A DNA stretch of 64,000 nt. Origin: Octopus vulgaris. Lineage: Eukaryota. The notes beneath the pieces are model-generated. The model had not been told where the DNA came from. It made no database searches and was given only the letters and a program-made list of their open reading frames with translations. Position numbers and translations under genes: made by a program. Positions 1 to 14,727 of this stretch are shown one piece after another (position 1 is the first letter of the stretch; every line of letters begins with the position of its first letter). The stretch is from positions 50,592,001 to 50,656,000 of the forward strand of contig OX597817.1 of NCBI GenBank assembly GCA_951406725.2, read 5' to 3'.

Positions 1-249
1 ATGAGGCGGAGAATAGAATCTTTGACAGTAGCAGAAAAAGTAACGACGGGAATCTTAATCAAAAGCCTAAGATTAACCTACACTTATTAGAGCCACACTA
101 AATAATGTTTATTAACCACATTATAATGTAATGTGCTGCAGAAATTTAAAAGACCTCGCCAAACGACGAGGCCGCTGATTTAGAAAGATGTGAGGCATGT
201 GCAAAATAAGACAGCGTACACGTAGTTATTCTTGTCGCTATAGATGAAG

Positions 250-911
250 TACGGATCCTTTGTATTATTGTGGCGATAATGATGTGTGTTATTGTGTTCT
301 GGTGTCGGCCTCTACTGAGGAAGTTGTAATTATTAATTTAAGGACTTGTGTGGTTTTCTTCCTGCTGTCTCTGCTACCAGGGGTGGCATGGATACTGCTG
401 GTGTTCTTTTGGCAGTACTTGATACTATTGCTCTTGCTTTTCATGCTGATGTAGTTGTCGCTTTTGGTGGGAATTTTTTTGTTACTCTAGTTGTATAACT
501 GGCAGTCGTGCGTACTTTCCTTCTCGCGGCGTCTTTTCTAGGCAAACCGCTTCCATGTGGTTACTGGTACCACATACGTATGACATGTGCCTTCCACCTT
601 CCAGTATAACAAGCAGTTCGATGGCGACTGGAATGTATAATTTATTCACAATCTTTACAATTTTTCAGGACTTCCTCAATGGCAATTCAGACAATACATT
701 TCGCTGCACACACAAGATGTTTAAATCTGTTGGTAAATACAACATTCGGTTTAGCATCATCACTTGGCACTGTATATTCTTTAAAATCCACTCTGTGGTA
801 ATCATTCAGATCACATCCTTGGTTTGTGGATGCGTAACTTCCTCCATCCTCGTAGTAATGTGGCCCTCTAAATAGACATAGGTAGTGCGCTTCGACATGA
901 TTAAAAGACAA
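250..911 (-). pseudogene. Degenerate LINE (L1/Tx1-like) ORF1 remnant with CCHC zinc knuckle
   Basis: The minus frame around 640-500 reads IVNKLYIPVAIELLVILEGGRHMSYVCGTSNHMEAVCLEK. This is [C>S]x2Cx4Hx4C at about 583-542, preceded by an LVILEG motif typical of ORF1 and followed by a K/T/S-rich low-complexity tail. Stops and frameshifts are present. Confidence 0.5.
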
Positions 912-1276
912 AAATATCCCCGAAGATCATACTGATATACAAAGCTGTGAATTCATTTCATCTACCCTTTCATATTTGGCTGGCTTCTATATCATTATGG
1001 GTAGTTAAATTTTAGGTTTTATATTTTTGTAGTTATGTTAGGACAAAGGGGGAACCCTACATTTTGGACGTTCCCATACGTTACACGTTGCCTTCTTCCT
1101 GCCACACGTCATGAGTAGTGGCAGAAACATTAATCCGTTTGATGAAACAAATCAAAGGGCACATATAGATATCATTGTAATTTATATTTGTAGGGGTAAT
1201 CTTTCAACAGAATGAACTTATATATTTGTCTCTGTAAGTATGTATATATGCGCGCGCCCCCTTTTGTATACAATTG

Positions 1277-1483
1277 CTCTTTTACTTGTTTCAGTCATGT
1301 GACTGTGGCTATGCTGGAGCACCGCCTTTAGTCGAGCAAATCGACCCCAGGACTTATTCTTTGTAAGCCTAGTACTTATTCTGTCGGTCTCTTTTGCTGA
1401 ACCGCTAAGTTACGGGGACGTAAGCACACCAGCATCGGTCGCCAAGCGATGTTGCGGGGACAAACACAGGCACACAAACATAT

Positions 1484-1551
<68 letters not shown>

Positions 1552-1714
1552 GACGGGCTTCTTTCAGTTTCCGTCTACCAAATCCACTCACAAGGATTTG
1601 GTCGGCCCGAGGCTATAGTAGAAGACACTTGCCCTAGGTTCCACGCAGTGGGACTGAACCCGGAACCATGTGGTTGCCAAGCAAGCTATTTATCACACAG
1701 CCACTTCTACGCCT
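1277..1714 (-). mobile_element. tRNA-derived SINE family A (internal (TA)n(TG)n microsatellite)
   Basis: Family head consensus AGGCGCAGGAGTGGCTGTGTGGTAAG...GGTTCAGTCCC (A/B boxes), CORE-like CCTTGGGCAAGT, central microsatellite, 3' end GACTGAAACAAGTAAAAGAG. About 18 copies in the window. Confidence 0.85.
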
Positions 1715-3356
1715 AGAAAAATTTTTTAAAGGGAAGTACAACGAGCGACGATCCTAGGTTGACGGCTCGGCATATTCGTTCGAGAGTCACACAAAACACG
1801 TTGAGATATTTTTTTCCGATTCATTATGCGCTGGAGTCTAGTTAAATCGAGTTGAAATTTATTTTTCATCTTAGTTCCATAAGAAAGAGAAAATGCCTAT
1901 TTTGCCCTTCCGCTGGTTTAACTGACGAATCGTCTCCGTCATGAAAACGAAAGCCTTGTTCTTATGTGGAGAACAATTATTATAATTGATAGTCAAAAAT
2001 TAAGCACCGAAAAAATACATAGAAGGGAAACCAGGGAGACACGCAGAGAGGGACAGAGTGATAAAACCAGGGAGAGAAACAGTCAGAGAGAGAGAGGGGG
2101 GAGACAGACAAGAAGAGAAAGCGAGTGGGGCTGAAGTGTGATTTAAATATACGATGCTTTATTGTCAATTACTCGGAAAACACTAATTCCATTAATGGCT
2201 TTTATCAACAACATATCTCGTTAATTACCCCGTTTTCATTTAATTGTTTAAAATATCGATTCAGAATGTAAAATTAAACATTACAGTGAATTACATTTTA
2301 ATATTATCTTTGTTCAGGCTCATTGGGTTAATTAATAATTGAATTTCATTATAATAATTAGTTTACAAGCACTTGCACAGATATATACATACACACATTC
2401 ATATACACGTATTTATATGTGCGTGAGTATGTGTGTGTGTGTGTGTGTGTGTGTTTGTCTCTGTGTGTGTGTGTGTGTGTTTGTCTCTCTCTGTGTGTGT
2501 GTGTGTGCGTATTCAATGTTAAATGACTACAGCAAATCAAGCAGAAAAAATGACACTCGAATTATATATGTGTGTATGTGTGTGTGAGCATGCGAGTGTG
2601 TGTGTGTGTGTGCGTGTCTGGGCGCGAACGCGTGCATAAACGTTCAATTTGGTTGAGCGAAGGAATGTGGTTTATATTTGTTGTGAATATAACTCATTAA
2701 ACATCAATCTTTATCACGCGACACGAATTTAACGGAGCATTATCATTAAGCGTGAAACTCGGCTTGCGAGACAAACTCAATTTTACTCAGCATACATACA
2801 TACAAAAATACATACATACATGCACACACTCTCATACATACGTGCATACACACATATATAAATACACACACTGGTATATGTAACACACTGCATAAATAAC
2901 AATTTTGAGACATTAAGCTTCTCAAAACCGGAAAGGAGAAAGGTAATTCGAAGACTACTGATCCAAACCATCATTGGAACTGTAAAAATCTGTACAACTT
3001 TCCGAACATTTATCATTTATATATATATGAACATGTTTAGATATGCAAGTGTATGCATGACAAAGCATACATAAAAATTTTTTTAAAATATACCAATCTT
3101 CACATATATATACATATATCCATGCATGTATACATACATACAAAAATACCCTGTTGGTGTTGTAAAAATTCTAATAAAGGATAGATCTAAGGCAAAAAAA
3201 AACGGCTTTTCTCTAAGGGCAAGAAATCTTGAAATAAAACTGAATAATGACATGCATATATATACAAGCATAAATATATACACACATACATACAAACAGA
3301 CAGACAAACAGACAGAAAGACACACAGACACATCCACACACACACACATATATATA

Positions 3357-3966
3357 TATCCGTTTCTAGGTTTTTCATTTTTCAGATGTTCTTCCTAGAG
3401 GTAAGACAATTTATTCATGTTTGTTGCACACACGCATCTTTACTAGTACATACGCAGTGAAGCTATACATTAGCGTCGTATTTATTACGTTCGCTATTTT
3501 CCAGTAAATATCAGGGCTTCGTTGCGCCATTCATTTACTTTTATATGTATAATTTTACCCTCACGGGCTATCCTTTACTGGAAAGCAATACTCTCGTATT
3601 GCATTACTATTTTCATTTAAACTTCTTCACTGTTCTCGTTCTGTTAACGTTTTGGCGTTCAGACGAGTGTACTGGCATAGATGTGGCAACATTTGAAATA
3701 TTGTCGAGGCATATACGGCTGATGAAGATAAATCAAATATACGTTGGCAAACGTATTTTGAAGAATCTGAAACCGGTACTGCATTATCCGTTTCTAGGTT
3801 TTTCATTTTTCAGATGTTCTTCCTAGAGGTAAGACAATTTTTTTCATGTTTGCTGCACACACGCATCTTTATTAGTACATACGCAGTGAAGCTATACATT
3901 AGCGTCGTATTTATTACGTTCGCTATTTTCCAGTAAATATCGTTGCTTCGTTGTGCCATTTATTTA

Positions 3967-3970
<4 letters not shown>
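3357..3970 (+). mobile_element. Hammerhead-bearing non-coding element, about 1.4 tandem monomers (429-nt period), in (TA)n
   Basis: 3357-3545 is repeated at 3786-3970, with a hammerhead between the copies. TA runs lie on both sides. Confidence 0.8.
3714..3783 (+). ncRNA. Type I hammerhead ribozyme
   Basis: tacgg-CTGATGA-agat[long hairpin tcaaatatacgtt ggca aacgtattttga]atct-GAAA-ccgg-TA-ctgca. Stem III is a minimal palindrome. Confidence 0.75.
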
Positions 3971-4047
<77 letters not shown>

Positions 4048-4068
4048 CTGAGAATACGTGTCTGTCTG

Positions 4069-5210
<1,142 letters not shown>

Positions 5211-5211
5211 T

Positions 5212-5270
<59 letters not shown>

Positions 5271-5695
5271 TGCACATACATATAGTCCAATGGGAACCAA
5301 TTTGATAGAGTGAAATGCAAATGGGTTTCCAAGTATCTAATTTCACACTCACATAAGCCTTACTTCAACGTTACGCGACGACTCATCTAACCAAGGTGCA
5401 GTTTTCTTTCAAGCTCCCTTCATATATATTCAATCCGGTTCGTTTTTTTGTTTAGCTATCGCTTTCATTCGATATATTCTACATATTCCGTCTGCGTGAC
5501 GTATTATGTATTTTTGAATTTGAAATATTCTAGCGTAGCTGGTTGTGTAATCATCATCGCTCGATATTTCATTAAATCTTTATTCCGTATTTATCTTTAT
5601 TGACCCGTTATCGACTACCTGATGTCGCTAAATTTCCTTATTTCGTCATCGATTTCCTTTCCAGATTTAGAATCTGATGCTACTAAATTGTTCAC

Positions 5696-5848
5696 GCACG
5701 GCTGCGTAGTTAAGACGTTCATTTTCCAACAAAGTGGTTTCGGTTTCAATCTCACTGTGTGGTATTTAGACAAATGTATTCTGCTTTAGTTCCGTGCCAA
5801 CCAATGCTTCTGACTGAATTTAGTAGACGGAAACTGTGTAGAATCCCT
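5696..5848 (+). mobile_element. Degenerate SINE A head
   Basis: Diverged match to the SINE A 5' half, ending GTAGACGGAAACTG. Confidence 0.55.
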
Positions 5849-6094
5849 TTGACTATATATATAGTAACCATAATCAGAAAACAAATTAGGCATTCAATGT
5901 TTTACAGGACGTAGACACGTTTCATCAAAATTTCGAAATATTTACATAAGAGTCGCAAATGCCAAGCACGATGAAGTGAAGTGTATGAATACGTAAATTT
6001 ATATAAATCTTATGTAATCAATTCAACATTTTGATGAAACGTGTGTACGTCCCCTAAAGCATTGAAGGCTACGCCTGTTTTCTACTTAGTTTCT

Positions 6095-6350
6095 ACTTGA
6101 GCAAGGCACTTTATTTCACGTTGCCGCAGTTCACTCAGTTGTTGAGATGAGTTGCGATATCAGTGGTGCCAAGCTGTATCGGCCTTCACCTTTCCTTTGG
6201 ATAACATCAGTAGCATGGAGAGGGGAGACAAGCATGCATAGGTGACTAGTGGTCTTCCATAAACAACTTTGCCTCCGAATTTGTGCCTCGGGGGGAACTT
6301 TCTAGGTGCAACCTCACGGTCATGCTTGACCGAAGGAAGTCTTTTCCCTT
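6095..6350 (+). mobile_element. SINE family D, 5'-truncated
   Basis: Matches 6545-6790 (CTTGAGCAAGGCACTTTATTTCACGTTG CORE-like block). Confidence 0.7.
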
Positions 6351-6461
6351 TACCCTTGTGTGTGTGTATGTGTGTGTGTGCACGCGCGCGTGTGTACGTA
6401 TAAACGTATGTGTGCGGGTGTATATGAATGTGTGTTGTATAAGTATGTATTAGTGTGTGTC

Positions 6462-6792
6462 GGCGCATGGATCAGTGGTTAGAGCGTCGAGCTTATGATC
6501 ATGATGTTGTGAGTTCGAATCCCGGACCGGTCTAGGTGTTTTGTTTTTAAGCAAGACACTTTATTTCAGGTTGCTCCAGTTTACTCAGCTGTGGAAATGA
6601 GATGCGATGTCACAGGTGCCAAACTGTATCAGTCTTTGCTTTTCCCATGGATAACATCGGTGGCGTGGAGAGGGGTGGCTGGTATGCATGGGCGACTGCT
6701 GGTCTTCCATAAACCATCTTGCCCGGACTTATGCGTGGGAGGGTAACTTTCTAGGTGCAATCCCATGGTCAGTCATGACCGAAGAGGGTCTC
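6462..6792 (+). mobile_element. tRNA-derived SINE family D (CORE-like)
   Basis: Head GGCGCATGGATCAGTGGTTAGAGC...GAGTTCGAATCCC followed by a CORE-like block. Confidence 0.75.
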
Positions 6793-7001
6793 AGCAGTGT
6801 GTGTCGATAAACAGGACCAAATATCTACTAAGAAATGTTTCGTGCAACTAATTTTGTATGAATTATTTAGTTACTCTCTGACTTAGGAAGACATATACGT
6901 AAACTAAACAACGAACATTCAGAACATAAACGGGCATTAAACATATTTAGGTTTGTACAGTTATGCATAAATAATGATGTTGCGTGTATGTGCTTGAGGG
7001 A

Positions 7002-7090
<89 letters not shown>

Positions 7091-7450
7091 TGTGTGTGTG
7101 TGTGTCTCTTTGCGTGGGTGAGCACAAATACATATGTAAATTTTCTCGCATCACATCCGCCCTCATCTTCCTTGCAAATTCATCTTTTCGGCAAATACTT
7201 TGTTCCATTCATTATCTTATTTATTTCGTATTTATCTTTTTCCAGTTTCTCTCTCTGACTTCCCCTCCTTCCGTCCTTTTCCAATACACTTTGCCACCAT
7301 TTTCTTTCTTTTATTTTTCCTTTTGCATTTTTTCCATTCTATCTTTATTATGTCCGATTTCTATTTCTCTTTCTCTTATTCCTCTTCTCATTTGTTAGAA
7401 TTATTCCAACCTGGTGTTACTAGTTTTTGCTTTTTATAATCTGTCTTTTC

Positions 7451-7544
<94 letters not shown>

Positions 7545-7756
7545 ATCTCCTATACACAAACCATTCACTTCGTCCCTTTGACGCTATTTCCAAACATGTA
7601 TTTTATCTTCTCTTTTATGCTTCTCTCATCTTTTTTAATCATCCTTTTCAAACTGTCACGATGGTATACGTAGTTATGATATCGTTTAACTTCTTTGTCG
7701 CTTTATATTCCCATCTCTCTTTTCTCGTTTATGCCCACCTACATCCTTCACCAATG

Positions 7757-7885
7757 GTCGGCGAGCTTGCAGAATCGTTAACACGTCGAACTAAACGCTT
7801 AGCTTCATTTCTTCCTGCATTTCACGTTCTCGGTTCAAATCTCACCGATGTCAACTTTGATTCATCCGAGATCTATACAATAAAA
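7757..7885 (+). mobile_element. Degenerate SINE C
   Basis: GGCGAGCTTGCAGAATCGTTAAC...GGTTCAAATCTCACCGATGTCAACTTTG. Confidence 0.55.
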
Positions 7886-7982
7886 CATGTCTCGCACTTC
7901 CCTTCATAATTGACCCATGGGACATACCGAGAATGTTATGATCTCCGACGATTATGTGCCAAGGAAACCATGTGAGTACATA

Positions 7983-8974
7983 TTGGGTTGTCTGGAAAGT
8001 TCGTGCCGATTTATAGTAGCTTACATTTCGACTTATTTTAGAGCATGGTTGAGTCCATAAAATAGTATTTGACTACACCTCCATTTAGAGCACAATTTAA
8101 GCTATCTTTTCGTTGAAGAAGGTTTATGTTCCTATAACCTGTGTTAATTCTGTAACCCTTTAAAATGGAACATAAGAAAGTTCATTTTCGGCACTGGATG
8201 CTTTGGGAACCAGACAAAAATTGCTGAAGCACGGCTGTGATGTGTTACCCCACCCTCCATATTCATTAGACGTTGCTCCTTCGGATTGTCACTTATTCAG
8301 GTCTCTGCAGAATAGTCTTAATGGTAAAAGTTTCGGTTCCTTGGATGACGTAAAAAGATACGTTGATGAATTCTTTGCCATGAAACCACCTCAATACTGG
8401 TTGATCTCTTATTATAAAAGGCAGATTTTATCTGCCTCCCTTTGTAAGTTATAGAAATCTACAATATAGGATTTCTTCAATTACAATTTACCTAGCATTT
8501 TTAAGAGTAGAATGCATCGGGTCATGCCAAGTCCAGTTTTTAAAATTTAAACTCCAATTAAGCAAAATTTACAGAAAACTCACATTCTGGTGTGTATGTC
8601 AAATGCTTTTCTTAATGTGGTTTACACCACACGCACACGCACACACACAGTGTGCAACGAATAAAATGAAAGTAATTGGAAGAGAGTAAATAGCGACAGA
8701 GTGATTTGAGGAAGACTAAACTGAAAGTATTTAAACCACTACTCAAAAAGTAAAAAAACACAGCAAACAGAAACAAATAAATACATAACGATTTACTCCT
8801 CACACAATTTCTTCAATTAGAGTTTACCTAATATTTTCAAAGTACTCCATTCGGTCATGCCATAATATATTTCTTTCAATTTCACCCCCAATTAAGACAA
8901 AATTCGAGAAAACTCAATATTTTAACATTTCACTCCGAAAGCATTGATGTACATGTGTGCGTGCGTGAGTGTGT

Positions 8975-9006
<32 letters not shown>

Positions 9007-10197
9007 TTGATGGGTTGTGCGACACAGAAAGTGTGGTGTGTAAGTGAAGTGCTTTTGTTAGTGTGTGTAAAGAGACAGACAGAGTGAAAGACAGAAATAA
9101 CTGAACTTTTTTTATTCACTTTTTGTAGTGAGTGACTGAGAGAGAAAAGAGAGAGAGAGGTTATGTATGTATATATGTATGTATGGCTTCAGTGACACAC
9201 ACACACAAAAACACATACCTACGTACACCTAAAGCACGCACACGCACACACACAAGCGGAGCGCGAACTTCAAAATTTTGGTAGTATTAATTTGCGAGCG
9301 TACTTCTAAGAGCGCGTAATTGAAAGTTTTCACTATGATATCATCACGTGCGAAAAAATTCGAAGGGTTTTGAACAATTGAGATACAGATGTCACGCCTG
9401 TATTGAAACCATTGCTAAGCTGCCGTAATTGCTTAATTAAGACTTTGTTTAAATTGAAAGGGGCAAATATGTGACGAGGTTGAAAAAAAATACCCCAGAA
9501 AAAAAAATGTACTGCTGGTATTTATATAATTCACTACTATTTTGCTACAATGTCATGAAAAAGAAAAAATTTAGGTATGTAAATCGAATTCGCCACCCCC
9601 TTTTCCCCGTTCGCGTTTGTGTAAAAAAATTATTATTTAAGTTTTAAAAATTATTTACTTTGTTCAAAAAATATTAATATTAATTAATTTTCAAGAATTA
9701 TTTAATTTTATTCTGTAAAATAGTAATTAATTCATTTATCTGTAAATCCGCGAGGTTGTTACTCAGGCACCTAGAATGGTAACCTTCAACTAACACTATC
9801 TCCTCCGAGACCCTGCGGCGCAAGTTGACCAAAATTGAGAGTATGGTAGAAGAAGGGTTGCTCTTCCTTCCGTAGAACATAAAATTCAAATCGGACCATG
9901 TTAACACCAAAAATTATTTACATCAAAAAGATGCTTTTTTCTATGAAAATCCCTATTTTTTACGATTTTGTCACTGCTGTGTCGCCACTTTTCGGTGTAT
10001 TTCGACCAGAAAAATGTTCACAAAATTTTTACTTTTCAAAATTACAATTCCAGCGGGTCGAAACAAACCCGAGCAACGCCGGGCGATACTGCTAGTTAAA
10101 AATATAATGTTGATGTAAAAATGTAATGCCAAGTATTTATCGACCTTTTTTCTTTCCTTTAAAAGTCGACACGAACTTTCCGGACGAAGCTACCCAA
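7983..10197 (+). mobile_element. Internally deleted mariner (Tc1/mariner) interrupted by a Helitron
   Basis: TA|TTGGGTTGTCTGGAAAGTTCGTGCCGA on the left pairs with TCGACACGAACTTTCCGGAC..ACCCAA|TA on the right. Transposase N-terminus MEHKKVHFRH at 8164 is joined to C-terminal LPHPPYSLDVAPSDCHLFRSLQN (YSPDLAPSD motif) at 8203-8400. Confidence 0.85.
8405..10095 (+). mobile_element. Non-autonomous Helitron
   Basis: Starts A|TC (TCTCTTATTATAAAAGG) and ends with hairpin CCCGAGCAACGCCGGG then CTAG|T. No TSD. Removing it restores the mariner sequence TTGA|TTAAAAAT. Confidence 0.85.
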
Positions 10198-11027
10198 TAC
10201 TTTGGTATGGAATACAGTCGACAGTAACGATCACAGTATTCAGAGGTACATATTTTATCAAATCTAGAAGGAGGAAAAACAAAGATGACATCAACAGAAT
10301 TTGATCACAGAATGGAAAGGGCCTTGACTAAGTATTGAGAGGCATTTCTGTCATTTTGTCGCTTTCCCTATCGGATCTTCCGAGGAAAGAGTATCTCGTT
10401 AAATATTCTCCTCAGTTACCAAAGGTTATTTGAACAAACACCTGAAGCTGATTTGAAACCTCACCAATGATTTCTGAGAAGTTAGCTTTAAAAAGTTATC
10501 AAAATATTCTTTCCTTTCTATAGAAAGGATTTGTCTCAGTAGACAAACAGTGTAACATCTGGAAAGTGCTCGAATGCTTTTAATCTAATTAGTGAATCTG
10601 AGGATAGACTAAACGTATAAAGATGCCTACGAGGAAACATTCTGATATCCAATCAATCTACGTTCATGCAATTGTCTCTCACTGCAACCCATATATTCCA
10701 GCGTTCAAATTGGAATCTCTGCATACTTCTAAGACAAGAACCATGTTGACTTAATTAACCAGAAAAATGAACGCGATAATGAAACATGTATGTTCTTTCA
10801 TCTTCAGTTGCTAGAAGGTGTACTGCAAGGGTTTAAACTAATTTCCAGCGTACAGCACTTCTGTGATCTCACTCGGTTCTGTTCTGTTCCGCAATAAGAG
10901 AGCTTCTTACAATAACAGTACTGCTTAACTTAGAAGAATTTAATCTAATGAAATTTGAATTGATCTCCCTCTTTCTCTCCTAAGATACAGTATTTATATA
11001 CCTACCAATCTACATACATATACACAC

Positions 11028-11065
<38 letters not shown>

Positions 11066-11083
11066 GCAGACACACACACACAT

Positions 11084-11137
<54 letters not shown>

Positions 11138-11394
11138 GTTGCACACACACAGAGACACACACAAGTATATATATGCACTTAGATGGTTAGCTATCATTCT
11201 GTCTTCCTGCTCATCTAGTTACGTTCGTATCTCTGCATGCACGCACACACATACACACGCACAAACACAGTGGTGCCCAAATGCACTTGGTTTCTCCAAT
11301 TGTGCTTATGCATGTGTGTGTTGCTTGTGTACCTATTGATCAGTTTCACTACTCTATGTGCATCTATACACACAAATAAACTATACATACATAA

Positions 11395-11457
<63 letters not shown>

Positions 11458-11628
11458 GTGTGTGTGTGTGTGTGTGTGTGTATAAATATACATATTCAGA
11501 CACACACTCACACATACAATCGAATAAAGACTCAATAAGTGAAGTGGTGTGATATAATTATTTCCTTTAAAGGTAGCTTTGACTTCGGAGATTACCAAAT
11601 CTAGCTTCCCAGATTATATCTCAGATGA

Positions 11629-11695
<67 letters not shown>

Positions 11696-11697
11696 AT

Positions 11698-11881
11698 AGG
11701 CGTAGGAGTGTCTGTGTCGTAAGTAGCTTCCTTACCAACCACATGGTTCTGTTTTCAGTCCCACTGCGTGGCACCTTGGGCAAGTGTTTTCTACTATAGC
11801 CTCGGGCCGACCAAAGCCATGTGAGTGGATTTGGTAGATGGAAACTGAAAGACGTCCGTCGTATATATGTATATATATATA

Positions 11882-11948
<67 letters not shown>

Positions 11949-12149
11949 GTCTGTGTTTGTCCCCGCAACATCGCTTGACAGCCTATGCTGGTGTGTTTAT
12001 GTCCCCATCACTTAGTGGTTCGCCAAAAGAGGCCGATAAAATAAGTACTAGGCTTACAAAGAATAAGTCCTGGGGTCGACTTGCTCGACTAAAGGCGTAG
12101 CTCCAGTATGCCCACAGTCAAATGACTGAAACAAGTAAAAGAGTAAAGA

Positions 12150-12150
<1 letters not shown>
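11698..12150 (+). mobile_element. SINE A, full length
   Basis: Head, CORE-like block, (TA)(TG) core and 3' end all present. Confidence 0.85.
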
Positions 12151-12214
<64 letters not shown>

Positions 12215-12878
12215 CTTACACATGTTAGAGAATCAATTAGCTTTAATAAAAGTAGTAGTACTAGAGAAAAAATAGTAATTCAATACATACCGAAAGAAAT
12301 GAAATGAAGCCGTATTCAATACATGTTTAAATTTTGTGTTGGTAGTGGATCAGTATATAATAGGCATGTGTTTGAGATTTGGTGAAAAAAATTGTTCGTA
12401 TGGAGGGAAGATTAATAAATATAGTATTGTATTCATGATTTCTATGGTTTGCGGATCTTTGCATATATTGCTTCTAAATAGGAAATACACCATGCAATTT
12501 AATAACGGATAATAGTGATAGAGCTAAGCACAGCAATAGTTCTGTGTTTAATGCTAAGCTTAAGGATAAATTTAATTAAAAAGCTTTACAGTTCACTCTA
12601 AAAGTTATTGGAATATTACAGAGGCAAATGGAGCAGTTTAAATATATGGATGCCGTATTCATGAGTGACAAGGACATTTACCACCACCCCATGGACAATA
12701 AAACCCCCTAAGGACAACAGATGATTTTTTAAAAACTTCTTAATATATTGGAGAAGGGGAAATTAACCAAGGTGGTAGTTGTCATCGATGGGAATTGTCA
12801 TATGGGGGTAACTGTCCTGATTTGAAGTATGTATATATGTATATATATGTATATATATATATGTATACGTCCCCTCAA

Positions 12879-13080
12879 CTTACTTGTTTCAGTCATGTGA
12901 CTGTGGTCATGCTGGAGCACCGCCTTTAGTCGAGCAAAACGACTTATTCTTTGTAAACCTAGTCCTTATTCTATCGTTCTCTTTTGCCGAACCGCTATGC
13001 TACGGGGACGTAAACACACCAGCATCGGTTATCAAGTGATGTTGGGGGAGGACAAACAAATACATACACACAAACACACA

Positions 13081-13116
<36 letters not shown>

Positions 13117-13297
13117 TATATAAATATATACATATACACGACGGACTTCTTTCAGTTTCCGTCTACCAAATCCACTCACAAGGTTTTGGTCGGCCCGAGG
13201 CTATAGTAGAAGACACTTGCCCAAGGTTCCACGCAGTGGGACTGAACCCGGAACCATGTGGTTGGTAAGCAAGCTACTTACCGCACAGCCACTCCAG
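12879..13297 (-). mobile_element. SINE A
   Basis: Near full-length family match. Confidence 0.85.
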
Positions 13298-13523
13298 CTA
13301 TTTCGCTTAGGCAAAAGTCACCCGATAGTAAATCAAATTCCATAGATTCTGTATTGCCAGGAATGGAAAAATATGTCGCTCAAGAAGGACAATTTTAAAC
13401 AATTTTCATGTTTCATATTCAGATGCCTTTATCAAATTCAGTTGTTAAACATAAATAAATCTTGGAATTAAATAGTTTTGATTTACTGTCAAGTGCCTTT
13501 TGGCCAACACTGTATATTATTTT

Positions 13524-13855
13524 ATTCTTTTACTTGTTTAAAAGGATTTAGTCGAAGAAATCGACCCCAGGACTTATTCCTTGTAAGCCAAGTACTTATT
13601 CCATCCAGCTTTTTGCTAAGCAGCTAGGTTATGGGGACATAAAACACAGCAGCAACACACTCATAAAATAAATATATATATATATATATGTAAATATATA
13701 TGTAAATATATTCAGTTTTCATCTACGAAATCCACTCACAAGGCTTTACCCGACCCGAGGCTATAGAAGAAGACACTCGCAGCGGGACTGAACCCGGAAC
13801 CATATGACTGGAAAGCAAAGCAAGCTTCTTACTCCACAGAGGCACGCCTGCGCCT
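13524..13855 (-). mobile_element. SINE A, degenerate
   Basis: Diverged and deleted family match. Confidence 0.7.
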
Positions 13856-13869
13856 ATAAGTATATTTTA

Positions 13870-14215
13870 TTTTTACTTGTTTCACTCATTTGACTGTGGC
13901 CATGCTGGAGCACCGCCTTTAGTCGAGCAAATCGATCCCCAGACTTATTCTTTGTAAGCCTAGTACATATTATATCGGTTCTTCTGATGACCGGCAAAGT
14001 TACGGGTACGTAAACACACCAGCATCGGTTGTCAATCGATGTTGGGGGGACAAACACAGATACACAAACATATACACACACATACATATATACATATCTA
14101 CGACGGGCTTGTTTCAGTTTGCATCTACCAAATCTACTCACAAGGCTTTGGTCGGCCCGAGGCTATAGTAGAAGACACTTGCCCAAGGTTCCACGCAGCG
14201 GGACTGAACCCAGAA

Positions 14216-14218
<3 letters not shown>
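13870..14218 (-). mobile_element. SINE A, head truncated by (TA)n
   Basis: The family match stops inside the tRNA head at the TA run that precedes the palindromic element. Confidence 0.8.
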
Positions 14219-14251
<33 letters not shown>

Positions 14252-14255
<4 letters not shown>

Positions 14256-14564
14256 ATTAAGGGTTTAGCAACGAATTGCCTCACCAACACACCGAATTTA
14301 GAAATAGCAGTCAAAGAGATATAGCTATTCCTTCTACTAAAAGGGGGATCTCAGTAAAAACACTGAGATCCCCCTTTTAGTAGAAGGAATAGCTATATCT
14401 CTTTGACTGCTATTTCTAAATTCGGTGTGTTGGTGAGGCAATTCGTTGCTAAACCCTTAATTACTTAGTATTACTTAAATTTTCCTCGAATGGGGCTTTT
14501 ACATACCGAAATCTACTTGGTGTAATTGATAATTATCCCTAATTAATTAATTTCACCCTTTTAT

Positions 14565-14565
<1 letters not shown>
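14252..14565 (+). mobile_element. Fold-back element: perfect 104-bp palindrome plus about 100-bp tail, in (TA)n
   Basis: Arms 14252-14355 and 14362-14465, loop AAAAAC. A diverged single copy of the right arm lies at about 54890-54985. Confidence 0.8.
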
Positions 14566-14620
<55 letters not shown>

Positions 14621-14636
14621 GTCAAAGAGATAGATG

Positions 14637-14727
<91 letters not shown>

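Noticed and set aside
1920-1962. CTGACGA...CGAAAG possible hammerhead
   Set aside because: No convincing stems I/II and no UH cleavage triplet.
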